A stretch of DNA of 64,000 nucleotides. Origin: Firmicutes bacterium UBA5286 (GTDB lineage: Bacteria; Bacillota; Proteinivoracia; UBA4975). Positions 18,839 through 27,696 of the stretch are shown piece by piece. The stretch covers positions 131,392 to 195,391 of the forward strand of contig DHSM01000006.1 of assembly GCA_002408465.1 (NCBI GenBank), written 5' to 3'. A program made the position numbers and the translations under genes. How positions within the stretch are numbered: the stretch's first letter is position 1; each line of letters starts with the position of its first letter. A model generated the notes under the pieces. That model ran no database searches, was not told where the DNA came from, and saw only the letters and a list, made by a program, of their open reading frames with translations.

Positions 18839-19779
18839 CAGAGGACTTCCTTCTCATAGATGTGGCTGTATAGGTTTTCAATATTCGCGGTCTGGGGCAC
18901 AATTCCCCTGAGCTCCCGGCCATCGGCCAGGATGGTGGTTATGACTCGGGTGCAATGCGTAATATCTGATAAAGATATCAGAAGCTCGCTTTCCCCGGCC
19001 AGGAAGTCCTGGAGCAGGCCCTCAGTCTTCAGCTTGCTCAGCATGGCCAGGTCCTGCTCCTGACGATCGACATAAAGCTTGTAACTGAGGACTGCCACGT
19101 CAGCCTGGGCCTTTTCCTGGGAGACAATCTCCCCGTCCTTAATAAAGATGTTGCGGGAGGATATCTTCTCCATCTCTATGAGTTGGTGGGAGGAGAACAG
19201 GATTCCGCAGCCCTCCCGGGCAAGCCCCTTTATCATACTCCGCAACTCAAAAACGCCCTGGGGATCCAAACCGTTAAAGGGCTCGTCCAGAATTAAGAAA
19301 GTAGGCTTGGGCAGGATGGCCACCGCCAGTGCCAGGCGCTGTTTCATCCCCATGGAGTAGGCTCCAGCCTTTTTCTTCAGGGCATGGCCCAGCCCGGTAA
19401 ACTCAATGACCTCTTCTAAGCGCTTCCGGGGGATTTGCCTGAGGCTGGCGAAGACCTTCAGGTTTTCTATCCCCGTCAAGTTGAAATACAGCCCCGGAGC
19501 CTCAATTAGGGCGGAAAGGTGACTGAGAGCCTGGCTGCGCTCCTTATACAGATCGTGCCCGGCAATCTCGACCTTGCCGCTTTCTGGGAAAACCAAGTTG
19601 GCGATGCACTTCATGGTAGTGCTCTTGCCTGAGCCGTTTGGGCCGATAAAGCCCAGAATCTCGCCGGTTTCCAGTGTAAAGGAAACGTTTTTTAAAACAT
19701 GCAGCTTGCCGAAAGACTTATTAAGGTTTTCAACAGACAAAATTCCCACTGCGTTACCTCCCATTGTCATTAGTAGCAT
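18838..19779 (-). CDS. ABC transporter ATP-binding protein (ABC-2 type)
   Basis: Walker A GPNGSGKST, signature SMGMKQRLALA, Walker B LILDEPFNGLD. Confidence 0.9.
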   Translation of the reverse strand: MLLMTMGGNAVGILSVENLNKSFGKLHVLKNVSFTLETGEILGFIGPNGSGKSTTMKCIANLVFPESGKVEIAGHDLYKERSQALSHLSALIEAPGLYFNLTGIENLKVFASLRQIPRKRLEEVIEFTGLGHALKKKAGAYSMGMKQRLALAVAILPKPTFLILDEPFNGLDPQGVFELRSMIKGLAREGCGILFSSHQLIEMEKISSRNIFIKDGEIVSQEKAQADVAVLSYKLYVDRQEQDLAMLSKLKTEGLLQDFLAGESELLISLSDITHCTRVITTILADGRELRGIVPQTANIENLYSHIYEKEVL

Positions 19780-19871
19780 GTAGTAAAAGATCTATATAGT
19801 GTAATGCGGCTAAATTGAATGAAGAAAACAATGCACCTTCACGGTATCATCCGGGCTGTTGCAAGCTAAAA

Positions 19872-20237
19872 TCAAGATTGGCTAAATAATGCTAGTAGGG
19901 CTGATGCTGACCTACGCCGGTCATCGAAGGCCACGTACTGACTTTGGGAAACCAACTCAGCCCCTTCTTCCATTTTGTTTTCCCCTGATTTTTCCTGTAG
20001 CTCAATAAGAGCTTCCCACGTGAAAGAAGATATATATGTCGGATTTTTCTTGTCCATGATGCCGATGCTACGGTAATAGCCAGCCAGCCTGTCCGTCTCC
20101 CGCTCCACCACCAGGTATTCCACCGCTCGGGAGATAAAGGCAAAGGAGATAAGTCCCTCCAGAAGGAGCAAAAACAGTGTGCGCACCCGCTGGCGCAGGG
20201 TGGACTGCAGGCAGATATTCCTAATGTTTCTTTTCAC
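19872..20237 (-). CDS. Small hypothetical protein with one hydrophobic segment
   Basis: The track ORF begins with a TTG only about 25 nt from the predicted -10. A GTG at about 20237 preceded by AGGTGAG is a more plausible start. Confidence 0.3.
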   Translation of the reverse strand: MKRNIRNICLQSTLRQRVRTLFLLLLEGLISFAFISRAVEYLVVERETDRLAGYYRSIGIMDKKNPTYISSFTWEALIELQEKSGENKMEEGAELVSQSQYVAFDDRRRSASALLALFSQS

Positions 20238-20292
20238 TTGCTCACCTGCTTTTCTGAGCAATTTTCAGAATCCGCTTTTTTAATTATAAATG

Positions 20293-20320
20293 ATTAAAAA
20301 AAAACGTCAATTGAACTGGG
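20293..20320 (-). promoter_or_regulatory. Sigma-A-type promoter (TTGACG, 16-nt spacer, TATAAT) reading into the small gene and ABC-2 operon
   Basis: Plus-strand cgtcaa at 20315-20320 and attata at 20293-20298 are a near-consensus -35/-10 on the minus strand. Confidence 0.5.
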
Positions 20321-20374
20321 TTTATAACTCAAATGTTAATCTTTACCCAAATTAGCCCTAGATAAAATATAAAT

Positions 20375-20422
20375 ACCCCAAAAACCCAGGATGTCTATCT
20401 GGATTCTTGGGGTTTACATATG
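20375..20422 (-). terminator. Terminator after the pepF/hyp/Mrr-like operon
   Basis: ccccaa...ccagg/ctgg...ttgggg hairpin. On minus it is followed by tatttatatttt. Confidence 0.4.
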
Positions 20423-20539
20423 TGCCTAACTTTTTTCTCATTCACTTAGTTTTGCAATCTAAACTAGCTCCAACAATCGTAAGGACCGGCAGCAAAGGGT
20501 GACTGGCGATCCTTAGATTGTAGAGAATCTAGAGGCACA

Positions 20540-21064
20540 TTAACTGCGGGTTTTGGCAGCGGCGGCGGTTTTCATTCCCTCGGGTATTCCGTCGGCCAAG
20601 CGCTCCAGCTCAGCTTCCAAGCGATTGAATTGCCACAGCCAGACACCAGTTTCCAGGGCCAGGCGGCGGGCTTTTCTGGTAAAGCCCTCTTGGCTGACGA
20701 GAATGGCAAACTCGCAGTTCAGCCTGCTCCGGGCTTCGCTTACAGCAATGACGGGTCTCTCATTGATGGGCTTGCGCCACCATTTGATGTGGACATAGGT
20801 TCTTGCTCCCAGCCTGGACAGTATATACTCCGCCCCCATGCGCCCCTGGTAGAGGACGTCTTCCACCTCATAACCATGGCAAAAAAAGTAGTCCAAAGCG
20901 GCGGCATTGCTGCCGGGAACGATTGAAACCTTCCGCCGGTGAAGCAACATGGCGGCCAGGTACACCAGGACAAGGCCGGCCAGCACCGGCCAGTAAGGTG
21001 AGGCAAAGCGGACAAATTCTTTAAGGGTGTGCCAGGCCAGCTTCAGCGCCTTTTCCATCAACAT
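20540..21064 (-). CDS. Membrane-anchored restriction-endonuclease-like (Mrr_cat/NERD-like PD-(D/E)XK fold) protein
   Basis: N-terminal TM (YWPVLAGLVLVYLAAMLL), then HGYEVEDVLYQGRMGAEYIL...YVHIKWWRKP...VIAVSEARS...ILVSQEGFTRKARRLALETGVWLW, which resembles the Mrr catalytic-core layout. Divergent, so family assignment is tentative. Confidence 0.4.
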   Translation of the reverse strand: MLMEKALKLAWHTLKEFVRFASPYWPVLAGLVLVYLAAMLLHRRKVSIVPGSNAAALDYFFCHGYEVEDVLYQGRMGAEYILSRLGARTYVHIKWWRKPINERPVIAVSEARSRLNCEFAILVSQEGFTRKARRLALETGVWLWQFNRLEAELERLADGIPEGMKTAAAAKTRS

Positions 21065-21085
21065 CCCCCTCGTTTCCGATGAATA

Positions 21086-21496
21086 CTACTGGGGCTCGGC
21101 CCCGGCCTCTCGGCTGCCCAGTTTCTTTAAGAGGCGAAGCAGATATTCGTAATGGGGTTTCAATTCATTGTCCTTTTCCAGCTCTCTTTTTATCCTGATC
21201 ACCATCTGGTTGAGCACAAACGGGTTTTTCTGGTGGAAGACCATGATCATCCTTAAAGCAAGAGTGGTGTTGGTAAATGCCTTCTTAGCCCGGAGTTTTT
21301 GCATAAAGGCCCAAAAGCCTCTGTCCCGGGACATCAGGGTTGCATAGCATTCCTGCACCCGGCTGAGATGCAGTTCCAGGTAGTCCATAGCCCCTTCATA
21401 CACCTGCAGATCAAGACGAGGCTCCAGGAGTTTCTGGGCCGCCTCGATCCCGGGCAGAGGGCCATAGCGTATTTCAGGATTTTCCAGCAGTTTCAA
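21086..21496 (-). CDS. Hypothetical protein (136 aa), co-operonic with pepF
   Basis: ORF spaced about 21 nt from both neighbours. No recognisable motif. Confidence 0.4.
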   Translation of the reverse strand: MKLLENPEIRYGPLPGIEAAQKLLEPRLDLQVYEGAMDYLELHLSRVQECYATLMSRDRGFWAFMQKLRAKKAFTNTTLALRMIMVFHQKNPFVLNQMVIRIKRELEKDNELKPHYEYLLRLLKKLGSREAGAEPQ

Positions 21497-21517
21497 GATG
21501 CAGTCTCCTCTCTAAAA

Positions 21518-23320
21518 TTATAATAGCTGTTCTAATTCCGCCAGCAATTTTGAGAAGACCTGGAGGGTGGTTACAAGAGGTTTAGGCTCGGTCATATCCA
21601 CACCGGCGGCCTTTAAAATATTTAGGGGGTAATCTGAACCGCCGCTCTTGAGGAATTGCAGATAGCGCCCGGTTGCCTTCTGGTCCCCCGCCAGGACATT
21701 TTGCGCCAGGCAGGTGGCGGCGGCAAAGCCGGTGACATATTTGTAGACATAGAAATTGTAGTAGAAATGAGGAATCCTTGCCCATTCCATGCCGATGAGG
21801 TCATCCACTTCCATTTCCGGGCCGTAGTACTTCTTGTTGAGCTCAAGCCACAGGGCGCTGAAATCTTCATTGGTCATGGGCTTGCCGGCTTCACTGCGGG
21901 CGTAGATTTCCTTCTCGAACTCGGCAAACAGGGTCTGGCGATAGACCGTGCCCCTAATTGTCTCTAAATACTCATTGATGATATACAAGCGCTTTTGCTT
22001 GTCCGTAGTAACCTTCAGCAAGTGGTCGTTGAGCAGGGCTTCGTTCAGGGTCGAAGCCACTTCTGCCAAAAAGATGGGGTATTCGGACATAGAGGGGGGC
22101 AGAGTTGATCTGCTGTAATAGCTGTGCATGGAATGGCCCAGTTCATGGGCGAGAGTAGAAGCTGAATTCAGGGTGTCGTCATAGTTCAGGAGCATAAAGG
22201 GTTTAGTTGAGTAACTGCCCCAAGAGTAAGCGCCGCTGCGCTTGCCCTTGTTCTCATATACATCAATCCAGCCCTGGGTAAAAGCCTTGCTGGCATCCCT
22301 GACATACTCCGGACCCAAAGGTGCAAGAGCGGTAAGGACCATGTCCTTGCCGGTTTCGAAGGGCACTTCCAGCTTGGCCTCGGTCACCAGGGGGGCGTAG
22401 ATATCGTGCATACTGATTTGCTCAAGCCCCAGAACCCGCTTTTTCAGGCTTACATATCTGTGCAAGGGTTCCAGGTTGGCGTTGATGGTGTCGATAACAT
22501 TGTCGTAGACACTGACAGGAATATTGTCTTCAAAGAGGGCGGCCTCCCGGGAACTGGCAAAGTTCCGGGCCCGGGCAAAGAACATGCCTCCCTTGATTTT
22601 GCTGTTGAGGCTGGTGGCTAGGGTGTTAATAACCTTGCCATAAGTAGTGTACATGGCCTCGTAAGCTTCCCGGCGCACTTGTCTGTCCTGGGACTGCATG
22701 TACTTGATAAAGCGGCCATGGGAAAGCTCAACCTTTTCTCCGCTTTCGTCGCTGATTTCGGGAAAACGCATATCGGCGTTATTGAGCATTGAGAAAATAT
22801 TGTAGGGAGCATCGTCCATTTCTCCGGCCATGGCCAGCAGCTGCTCTTCCCGGGGGCTCAAGGTATGAGGTTTGCGGCGAAGGACATTATTCAGGAACTG
22901 CCGGTATTCATCCAGACCCGGCTCTTCACTTAAGAATCCGCTGACACGGCCATCCTCCAGGCTCAGAAGTTCAGGCTCGATAAAGGATACAGCCGTTTGC
23001 AGCTCAACTCCCAGAGAACCTGCCCGGTCGGCCATACCCTGATGTTTCGAGTGAGCAGTGTCTTCGTCCCGACGTAAATTGGCAAAGACAATAACCTGAG
23101 CTCCCAGGACCATGATTTCATCCCGGAGTTTAAGACACTCCAGCAGCGTCTTGGCCCCTTCTCCTAAACGGCCGGAATACCCCTTAATCTTTTCAGAGAG
23201 CTCTTTAACTTTGGCAAAATCCTTTTCCCAGCCGGCATCATCGGCATAGACAGATTCCAAATCCCACTTGTACTTCTGCTGGATCTCTTGTCTGGCGGGG
23301 ACCCCGCCTTTTTTTACTTC
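21518..23320 (-). CDS. pepF: Oligoendopeptidase F (M3B family)
   Basis: HEXXH zinc motif HELGHSMHS and M3 fold. Likely GTG start (VTEVKKGG) preceded by AGGAGGG; the longer track ORF is an extension. Confidence 0.9.
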   Translation of the reverse strand, partial: EVKKGGVPARQEIQQKYKWDLESVYADDAGWEKDFAKVKELSEKIKGYSGRLGEGAKTLLECLKLRDEIMVLGAQVIVFANLRRDEDTAHSKHQGMADRAGSLGVELQTAVSFIEPELLSLEDGRVSGFLSEEPGLDEYRQFLNNVLRRKPHTLSPREEQLLAMAGEMDDAPYNIFSMLNNADMRFPEISDESGEKVELSHGRFIKYMQSQDRQVRREAYEAMYTTYGKVINTLATSLNSKIKGGMFFARARNFASSREAALFEDNIPVSVYDNVIDTINANLEPLHRYVSLKKRVLGLEQISMHDIYAPLVTEAKLEVPFETGKDMVLTALAPLGPEYVRDASKAFTQGWIDVYENKGKRSGAYSWGSYSTKPFMLLNYDDTLNSASTLAHELGHSMHSYYSRSTLPPSMSEYPIFLAEVASTLNEALLNDHLLKVTTDKQKRLYIINEYLETIRGTVYRQTLFAEFEKEIYARSEAGKPMTNEDFSALWLELNKKYYGPEMEVDDLIGMEWARIPHFYYNFYVYKYVTGFAAATCLAQNVLAGDQKATGRYLQFLKSGGSDYPLNILKAAGVDMTEPKPLVTTLQVFSKLLAELEQLL

Positions 23321-23488
23321 TGTCACTATATTCCCTCCTGCTTTATTTCTAACTTTTCTCACCTTAAGTATTCTGCTGCCTAGTAAAAAAAACCTTCCTA
23401 AATAAACAATAAAAATGATATACTGGCCAGACAAGAGAGAGAAAGCGCCTTTTCCAAGGCGCTTAATTCTTTTTGCTCCCACCTGCTC

Positions 23489-24718
23489 TTATTTACAGAG
23501 GACATGATGATGCACCTTTTTCCCTTTGCGTACGAAAATCTTATCATCTTTCAGCCAACTGGGGTCGATGATTAGCTCAAAATCGTCTATCTTCTGTTCA
23601 TTAATCGTGAGCCCTCCCTGCTGGATGAGGCGACGGCCTTCGCTCTTGCTAGATGTAAGCCCGCACTCAATGAGCAGGTCCAGGATGGGGATGCCTGGCT
23701 GCAACCGCCCCTTTTCTATTTGGGTTGTGGGGATTGCCCCTGCCTCTTTGCCCCCGGCAAACAACGCCCGGGCGGCTTGGCGGGACTTGACCGCTTCTTC
23801 TTCACCATGGACCAGTTTTGTAACTTCAAAGGCCAGCAGTTCCTTGGCTGCATTTATTTCCTGGCCCTGAATGGCGGTAGCGGCATCAATTTGTTCCACC
23901 GGCAGGAAAGTATAGAGCTTGAGGAAGCGATTGACGTCCCGGTCATGAGTGTTGCGCCAGTACTGGAAGAAATCATAGGGGCTGGTGAGCCGGGGATCAA
24001 GCCAGACGGCGCCGGCCTCGGTCTTGCCCATCTTCTTGCCGTCGGCAGTCTCCAGGAGGGGAATGGTCAGGCCGTAAGCTTCCTCTTGTTCCAGGCGCCG
24101 GATGAGGTCGATGCCGGAGATGATATTTGACCACTGATCGTCGCCGCCGATCTGCAAGCGGCAACCATGGCGGCGAAAAAGGGTTAGGAAGTCGTAGGAC
24201 TGGAGAAGCATGTAGTTAAACTCAATGAAGGACAGCCCCTTCTCCATCCTGGACTTGAAACATTCGTAGGTGAGCATGCGGTTGACGGAAAAATGCACGC
24301 CAATCTCCCTCAAGACTTCGATGTAGTTTAGCTTCAGCAACCAGTCGGCATTGTTTACCACCCTTAGTTCGGGGCCCTGGACACAGTCCAGGATTTTTTG
24401 GACCTGGGCGCCAATAGCCTGGGCATAAGAGGAAATAGTGCCGGGGTCAAGCATCTGCCGCATTTCTGTCTTGCCGCTGGGATCACCGATCATGGTGGTG
24501 CCGCCGCCAATCAGGGCGATAGGATGATGACCCGCCTTGCGCAGATGGGCCATAACCATCATGGGCAGCAGGTGGCCGATGTGGAGGCTGTCAGCAGTGG
24601 CATCAAAACCAGCATAAAAAACCGTAGGCTTTTGCAGCTGCTCTGCCAAGGGGTCCTCATGGGTTACCTGTTTGACCAGGCCCCTTTCGGTCAGGGTCTT
24701 TAATACATCTGTGGTCAT
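23489..24718 (-). CDS. tyrS: Tyrosine--tRNA ligase
   Basis: HIGH motif (FDATADSLHIGHLLP), KMSKS-type KMGKT and C-terminal S4 domain. Start at MTTDVLK; the track ORF extends into the T-box leader. Confidence 0.95.
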   Translation of the reverse strand: MTTDVLKTLTERGLVKQVTHEDPLAEQLQKPTVFYAGFDATADSLHIGHLLPMMVMAHLRKAGHHPIALIGGGTTMIGDPSGKTEMRQMLDPGTISSYAQAIGAQVQKILDCVQGPELRVVNNADWLLKLNYIEVLREIGVHFSVNRMLTYECFKSRMEKGLSFIEFNYMLLQSYDFLTLFRRHGCRLQIGGDDQWSNIISGIDLIRRLEQEEAYGLTIPLLETADGKKMGKTEAGAVWLDPRLTSPYDFFQYWRNTHDRDVNRFLKLYTFLPVEQIDAATAIQGQEINAAKELLAFEVTKLVHGEEEAVKSRQAARALFAGGKEAGAIPTTQIEKGRLQPGIPILDLLIECGLTSSKSEGRRLIQQGGLTINEQKIDDFELIIDPSWLKDDKIFVRKGKKVHHHVLCK

Positions 24719-24724
24719 ACTTTT

Positions 24725-25000
24725 TCCCTCCAAAATTACATTCAAAATAAAACAAACCCGCCCCCCAAAAAGGGACGAGTTGATAGCCCGCGGTACCACC
24801 CTGCTTGACTGCCCCAGGGGGCAGCCCGCTTTATTGGCCGATAACGGGGCCGCCGCCGCAGCCTACTGAGCATAGCCTTTGGGTGCGGAGCTCCGGGGTG
24901 TACGCGTCCCCCTTTGTTGCCGGTTTCCACTGCCACCGGCTCTCTGTAAACAAAGACTGGGTCTGCTCTCCCCTTCAACGCTTAAATTATTGATTGCTAT
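24725..25000 (-). promoter_or_regulatory. T-box riboswitch leader of tyrS
   Basis: Minus-strand AGGGTGGTACCGCGGG (plus 24787-24802) is the conserved T-box sequence. A GC-rich structured leader with a T-rich tract lies before the RBS. Exact 5' end not determined. Confidence 0.75.
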
Positions 25001-25042
25001 TATATCACCGTGGAGATAAAAAGACAATCAGGAGTTGACGGA

Positions 25043-25462
25043 TTAATCAGTGATTCCGTAGACCTTCCAGCGCCGGCCCTCCCGGTGCAAGAGAAAGTCG
25101 TCAGCCTGAATGAGGCCTGGACCATAATAGACAGTGACCACAGCCTGGTCACCAGAAATTACTACCTCACCGATTCTGTAGTGTTCAAAGAGCTGAGAAC
25201 CATCCTGCCAAAACAGTTGCCAGCGAGACTCATTCACTGTCAGGGTTGTCGCCTGCAAATTCTCCAGGACAGGGCTGCTGACAAACTTCTCCATAGCCTG
25301 GACATCTTTGCGGGCAAGGCTGTTGAGCATGTCACTGACCACATTTTCCGGAGCCGGTGGCGACAGAGCCGCCACTAAGACAATGAGGGCCAAAACCAGC
25401 ACAACTGCACCTGTGGAAATATAGGTCAGGAGTTTGGTCCGGGAGTTATCAGGTTTAGTCAC
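25043..25462 (-). CDS. Hypothetical membrane-anchored protein (N-terminal TM + small extracytoplasmic domain)
   Basis: TM helix LLTYISTGAVVLVLALIVLVAAL then a soluble domain. Confidence 0.45.
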   Translation of the reverse strand: MTKPDNSRTKLLTYISTGAVVLVLALIVLVAALSPPAPENVVSDMLNSLARKDVQAMEKFVSSPVLENLQATTLTVNESRWQLFWQDGSQLFEHYRIGEVVISGDQAVVTVYYGPGLIQADDFLLHREGRRWKVYGITD

Positions 25463-25550
25463 CAGTCATTCCCCCTTTGCCTATTAAAATACCACTTTTT
25501 TTTCTCGGGGGCAAATTTTCACTCTGAACTAAACGCCGAGGCCATAACTT

Positions 25551-26297
25551 TTAGTCTATTCCTGTCTCCAGAGCAATTTGCTGCCAACCCTCTTCCACCA
25601 TTTCCCTGACCATTTTAGCCACCCTGCTGGTCCCCATTTCCTCATAATCCCCGGGCATGATGGGTGGACTCACCAGCAAAGAAATCTGAGCCGGCCCGAT
25701 TCTATAGCCGTTGCCTTCATAAATATTACGGGTGCCCTGAATGCGGACTGGGACAATAGGCACATGGGCCTTCATAGCCAGCTTCATGCTCCCGCTCTTA
25801 AACTCGGCCATTTCGCCAGTCTGACTGCGGGTGCCTTCAGGGAAAATTACCATCGATAAGCCCTTGCGAACTTGCTCTGCAGCCAGATTAATGATTTCAA
25901 CTGCCTGGCGTATATCCTGGCGGTCAAGATACAGGCAGCCCACATGGCGCATGAGGCTGTTGACCACCGGCACACGGGCCAGTTCTTTTTTAGCTACAAA
26001 AGCTACGGATTTATCTATATATCCCAGCAGCAGCATAGTATCAAAGATACTGAGATGGTTGGCCATAAAGACAACAGGTCCCGGGGGAATATGCTTAATT
26101 CCCTTGACTGTCACCTTGCTGCCGGTGGCAACCAAGACTGTCCTTCCCCACCAATGAGCATATCTGCTTGCTAGTTTCTGGCGCTGGCTTTTGCGTCCTG
26201 TTATATTTAAAAACCAAAAAACAGGCAGGCAAAAAGCCCCCAGGAGTGTAGCAAGAAATGCAATAATTATCCAATAAAGTGTTCGCAATAACTTCAT
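25551..26297 (-). CDS. plsC: 1-acyl-sn-glycerol-3-phosphate acyltransferase
   Basis: HX4D motif (ANHLSIFD) and FPEGTRS motif. N-terminal TM. Confidence 0.85.
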   Translation of the reverse strand: MKLLRTLYWIIIAFLATLLGAFCLPVFWFLNITGRKSQRQKLASRYAHWWGRTVLVATGSKVTVKGIKHIPPGPVVFMANHLSIFDTMLLLGYIDKSVAFVAKKELARVPVVNSLMRHVGCLYLDRQDIRQAVEIINLAAEQVRKGLSMVIFPEGTRSQTGEMAEFKSGSMKLAMKAHVPIVPVRIQGTRNIYEGNGYRIGPAQISLLVSPPIMPGDYEEMGTSRVAKMVREMVEEGWQQIALETGID

Positions 26298-26478
26298 CCT
26301 CCACCACCGCCTGCAACTTTCTCCGCCTATTATAGCATAATGCAGTTGTATACGGAAAGAAAAACCACCTCAGTTCACTTTCCCTTGCCAAAAAAGCATT
26401 TAGTCTTATATCACACTAAATTGAATAGAATTATAATGCATATCCGCTATTACAAAATTTGGTAAGGAGGATAACCTG

Positions 26479-27612
26479 ATGACAAAGAGATTGGTTGCTT
26501 TGGTCCTGTGTGTCCTGATGTTAACGGCCTTGGCAGCTTGTCGGACGGATCCCGCCACCTCAGATGAGCCTGAATATAAGATTGGGATTATCACAGGCAC
26601 AGTATCTCAGGGAGAGGAGGAGTATCAGGCGGCCCATAACATGGCTGCCAAATATGGCGCTAAAATTGTCACTGCCACTTATCCTGACAACTTCTCTTCG
26701 GAAACTGAGACGACAATCGCCAACACAGTTGCCCTCGCTTCTGACCCCGACGTCAAGGCGATTGTCTTTGTGCAGGCAGTCCCGGGAACAGCTGCTGCCA
26801 TTGACAAGGTTCGTGAAACCCGTCCCGACATGCTCTTTATTGCCGGTGTAGCAGCCGAAGATCCAGCTACCATCGCCAGCAAGGCCGATATTGTCCTGCT
26901 GGTGGATGAAATCTCCATGGGCACAGCCATGCCGAAAAAGGCGGCGGAAATGGGAGCAAAGACCTTTATCCACTACTCCTTTGCCCGTCACCTCTCCTAT
27001 GCGACCATTGCCACCCGGCGCAACCTGATTATGAATACCTGTGAAGAGCTTGGCATTGCCTATTATGATGTCACCGCCCCAGATCCCCTCGGCGATGCAG
27101 GCGTATCCGGAGCCCAGCAATTCATCCTCGAGGATGTTCCCAGACAAATTGAACAGTACGGAAAGGATACCGCTTTCTTCTCCACCAACTGTTCCATGCA
27201 GGAGCCCCTCATTCGCTCAGTCTTGGAAGGGGGCGCCATCTATCCCCAGCAGTGCTGCCCCAGCCCCTACCATGGCTACCCGGCTGCCTTGAATATCGAT
27301 GTCAGCGGCCATGAAGGCGATATTCAATACATGCTGAACTCCGTTGGCACTGTGCTCAAAGAATATGGCCAGGAGTCGAGAATGTCCACCTGGGGCGTCG
27401 CCGTCAACATGCTGATGATTGAGGCCGGCGTCAAATACGCCATCGAATTCCTGGAAGGCAATACAGAGGGCCGAGTGGATGAAGACGTGCTCTTCCCCAT
27501 TATCGATAAAATTGCCAAGGGGGGAACAGTAGTAAGCACATATGAAGAGAATGGCGTGCCCATAGACAATTTCTACCTCATTCTCTGTGATTACTACGAC
27601 TTCAGTAAATAG
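26479..27612 (+). CDS. Lipoprotein, putative ABC substrate-binding protein (DUF3798-like)
   Basis: Signal peptide with lipobox LAAC. Sits directly upstream of the ATPase and two permeases. AAGGAGG RBS. Confidence 0.6.
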   Translation: MTKRLVALVLCVLMLTALAACRTDPATSDEPEYKIGIITGTVSQGEEEYQAAHNMAAKYGAKIVTATYPDNFSSETETTIANTVALASDPDVKAIVFVQAVPGTAAAIDKVRETRPDMLFIAGVAAEDPATIASKADIVLLVDEISMGTAMPKKAAEMGAKTFIHYSFARHLSYATIATRRNLIMNTCEELGIAYYDVTAPDPLGDAGVSGAQQFILEDVPRQIEQYGKDTAFFSTNCSMQEPLIRSVLEGGAIYPQQCCPSPYHGYPAALNIDVSGHEGDIQYMLNSVGTVLKEYGQESRMSTWGVAVNMLMIEAGVKYAIEFLEGNTEGRVDEDVLFPIIDKIAKGGTVVSTYEENGVPIDNFYLILCDYYDFSK

Positions 27613-27624
27613 ATAATCCTGTGA

Positions 27625-27660
27625 ATTCGCCGGCCTGCTCGGCAAGCTGGCGAATTTGTT
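27625..27660 (+). terminator. Intra-operon stem-loop / partial terminator after the binding-protein gene
   Basis: aattcgcc-ggcctgctcggcaagct-ggcgaatt then tgttt. Confidence 0.4.
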
Positions 27661-27696
27661 TACCCATTCCGAAATCCGAAATCGGGGGATGAGAAT

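Noticed and set aside
24742-24993. ORFs 24742-24978 (-) and 24805-24993 (+)
   Set aside because: They lie within the tyrS T-box leader. GC-rich structured RNA generates open frames, and neither has an RBS.
26560-27147. 195-aa minus-strand ORF
   Set aside because: It is entirely antisense within the well-supported lipoprotein gene 26479-27612, and its composition is odd (Gly/Cys/His-rich).
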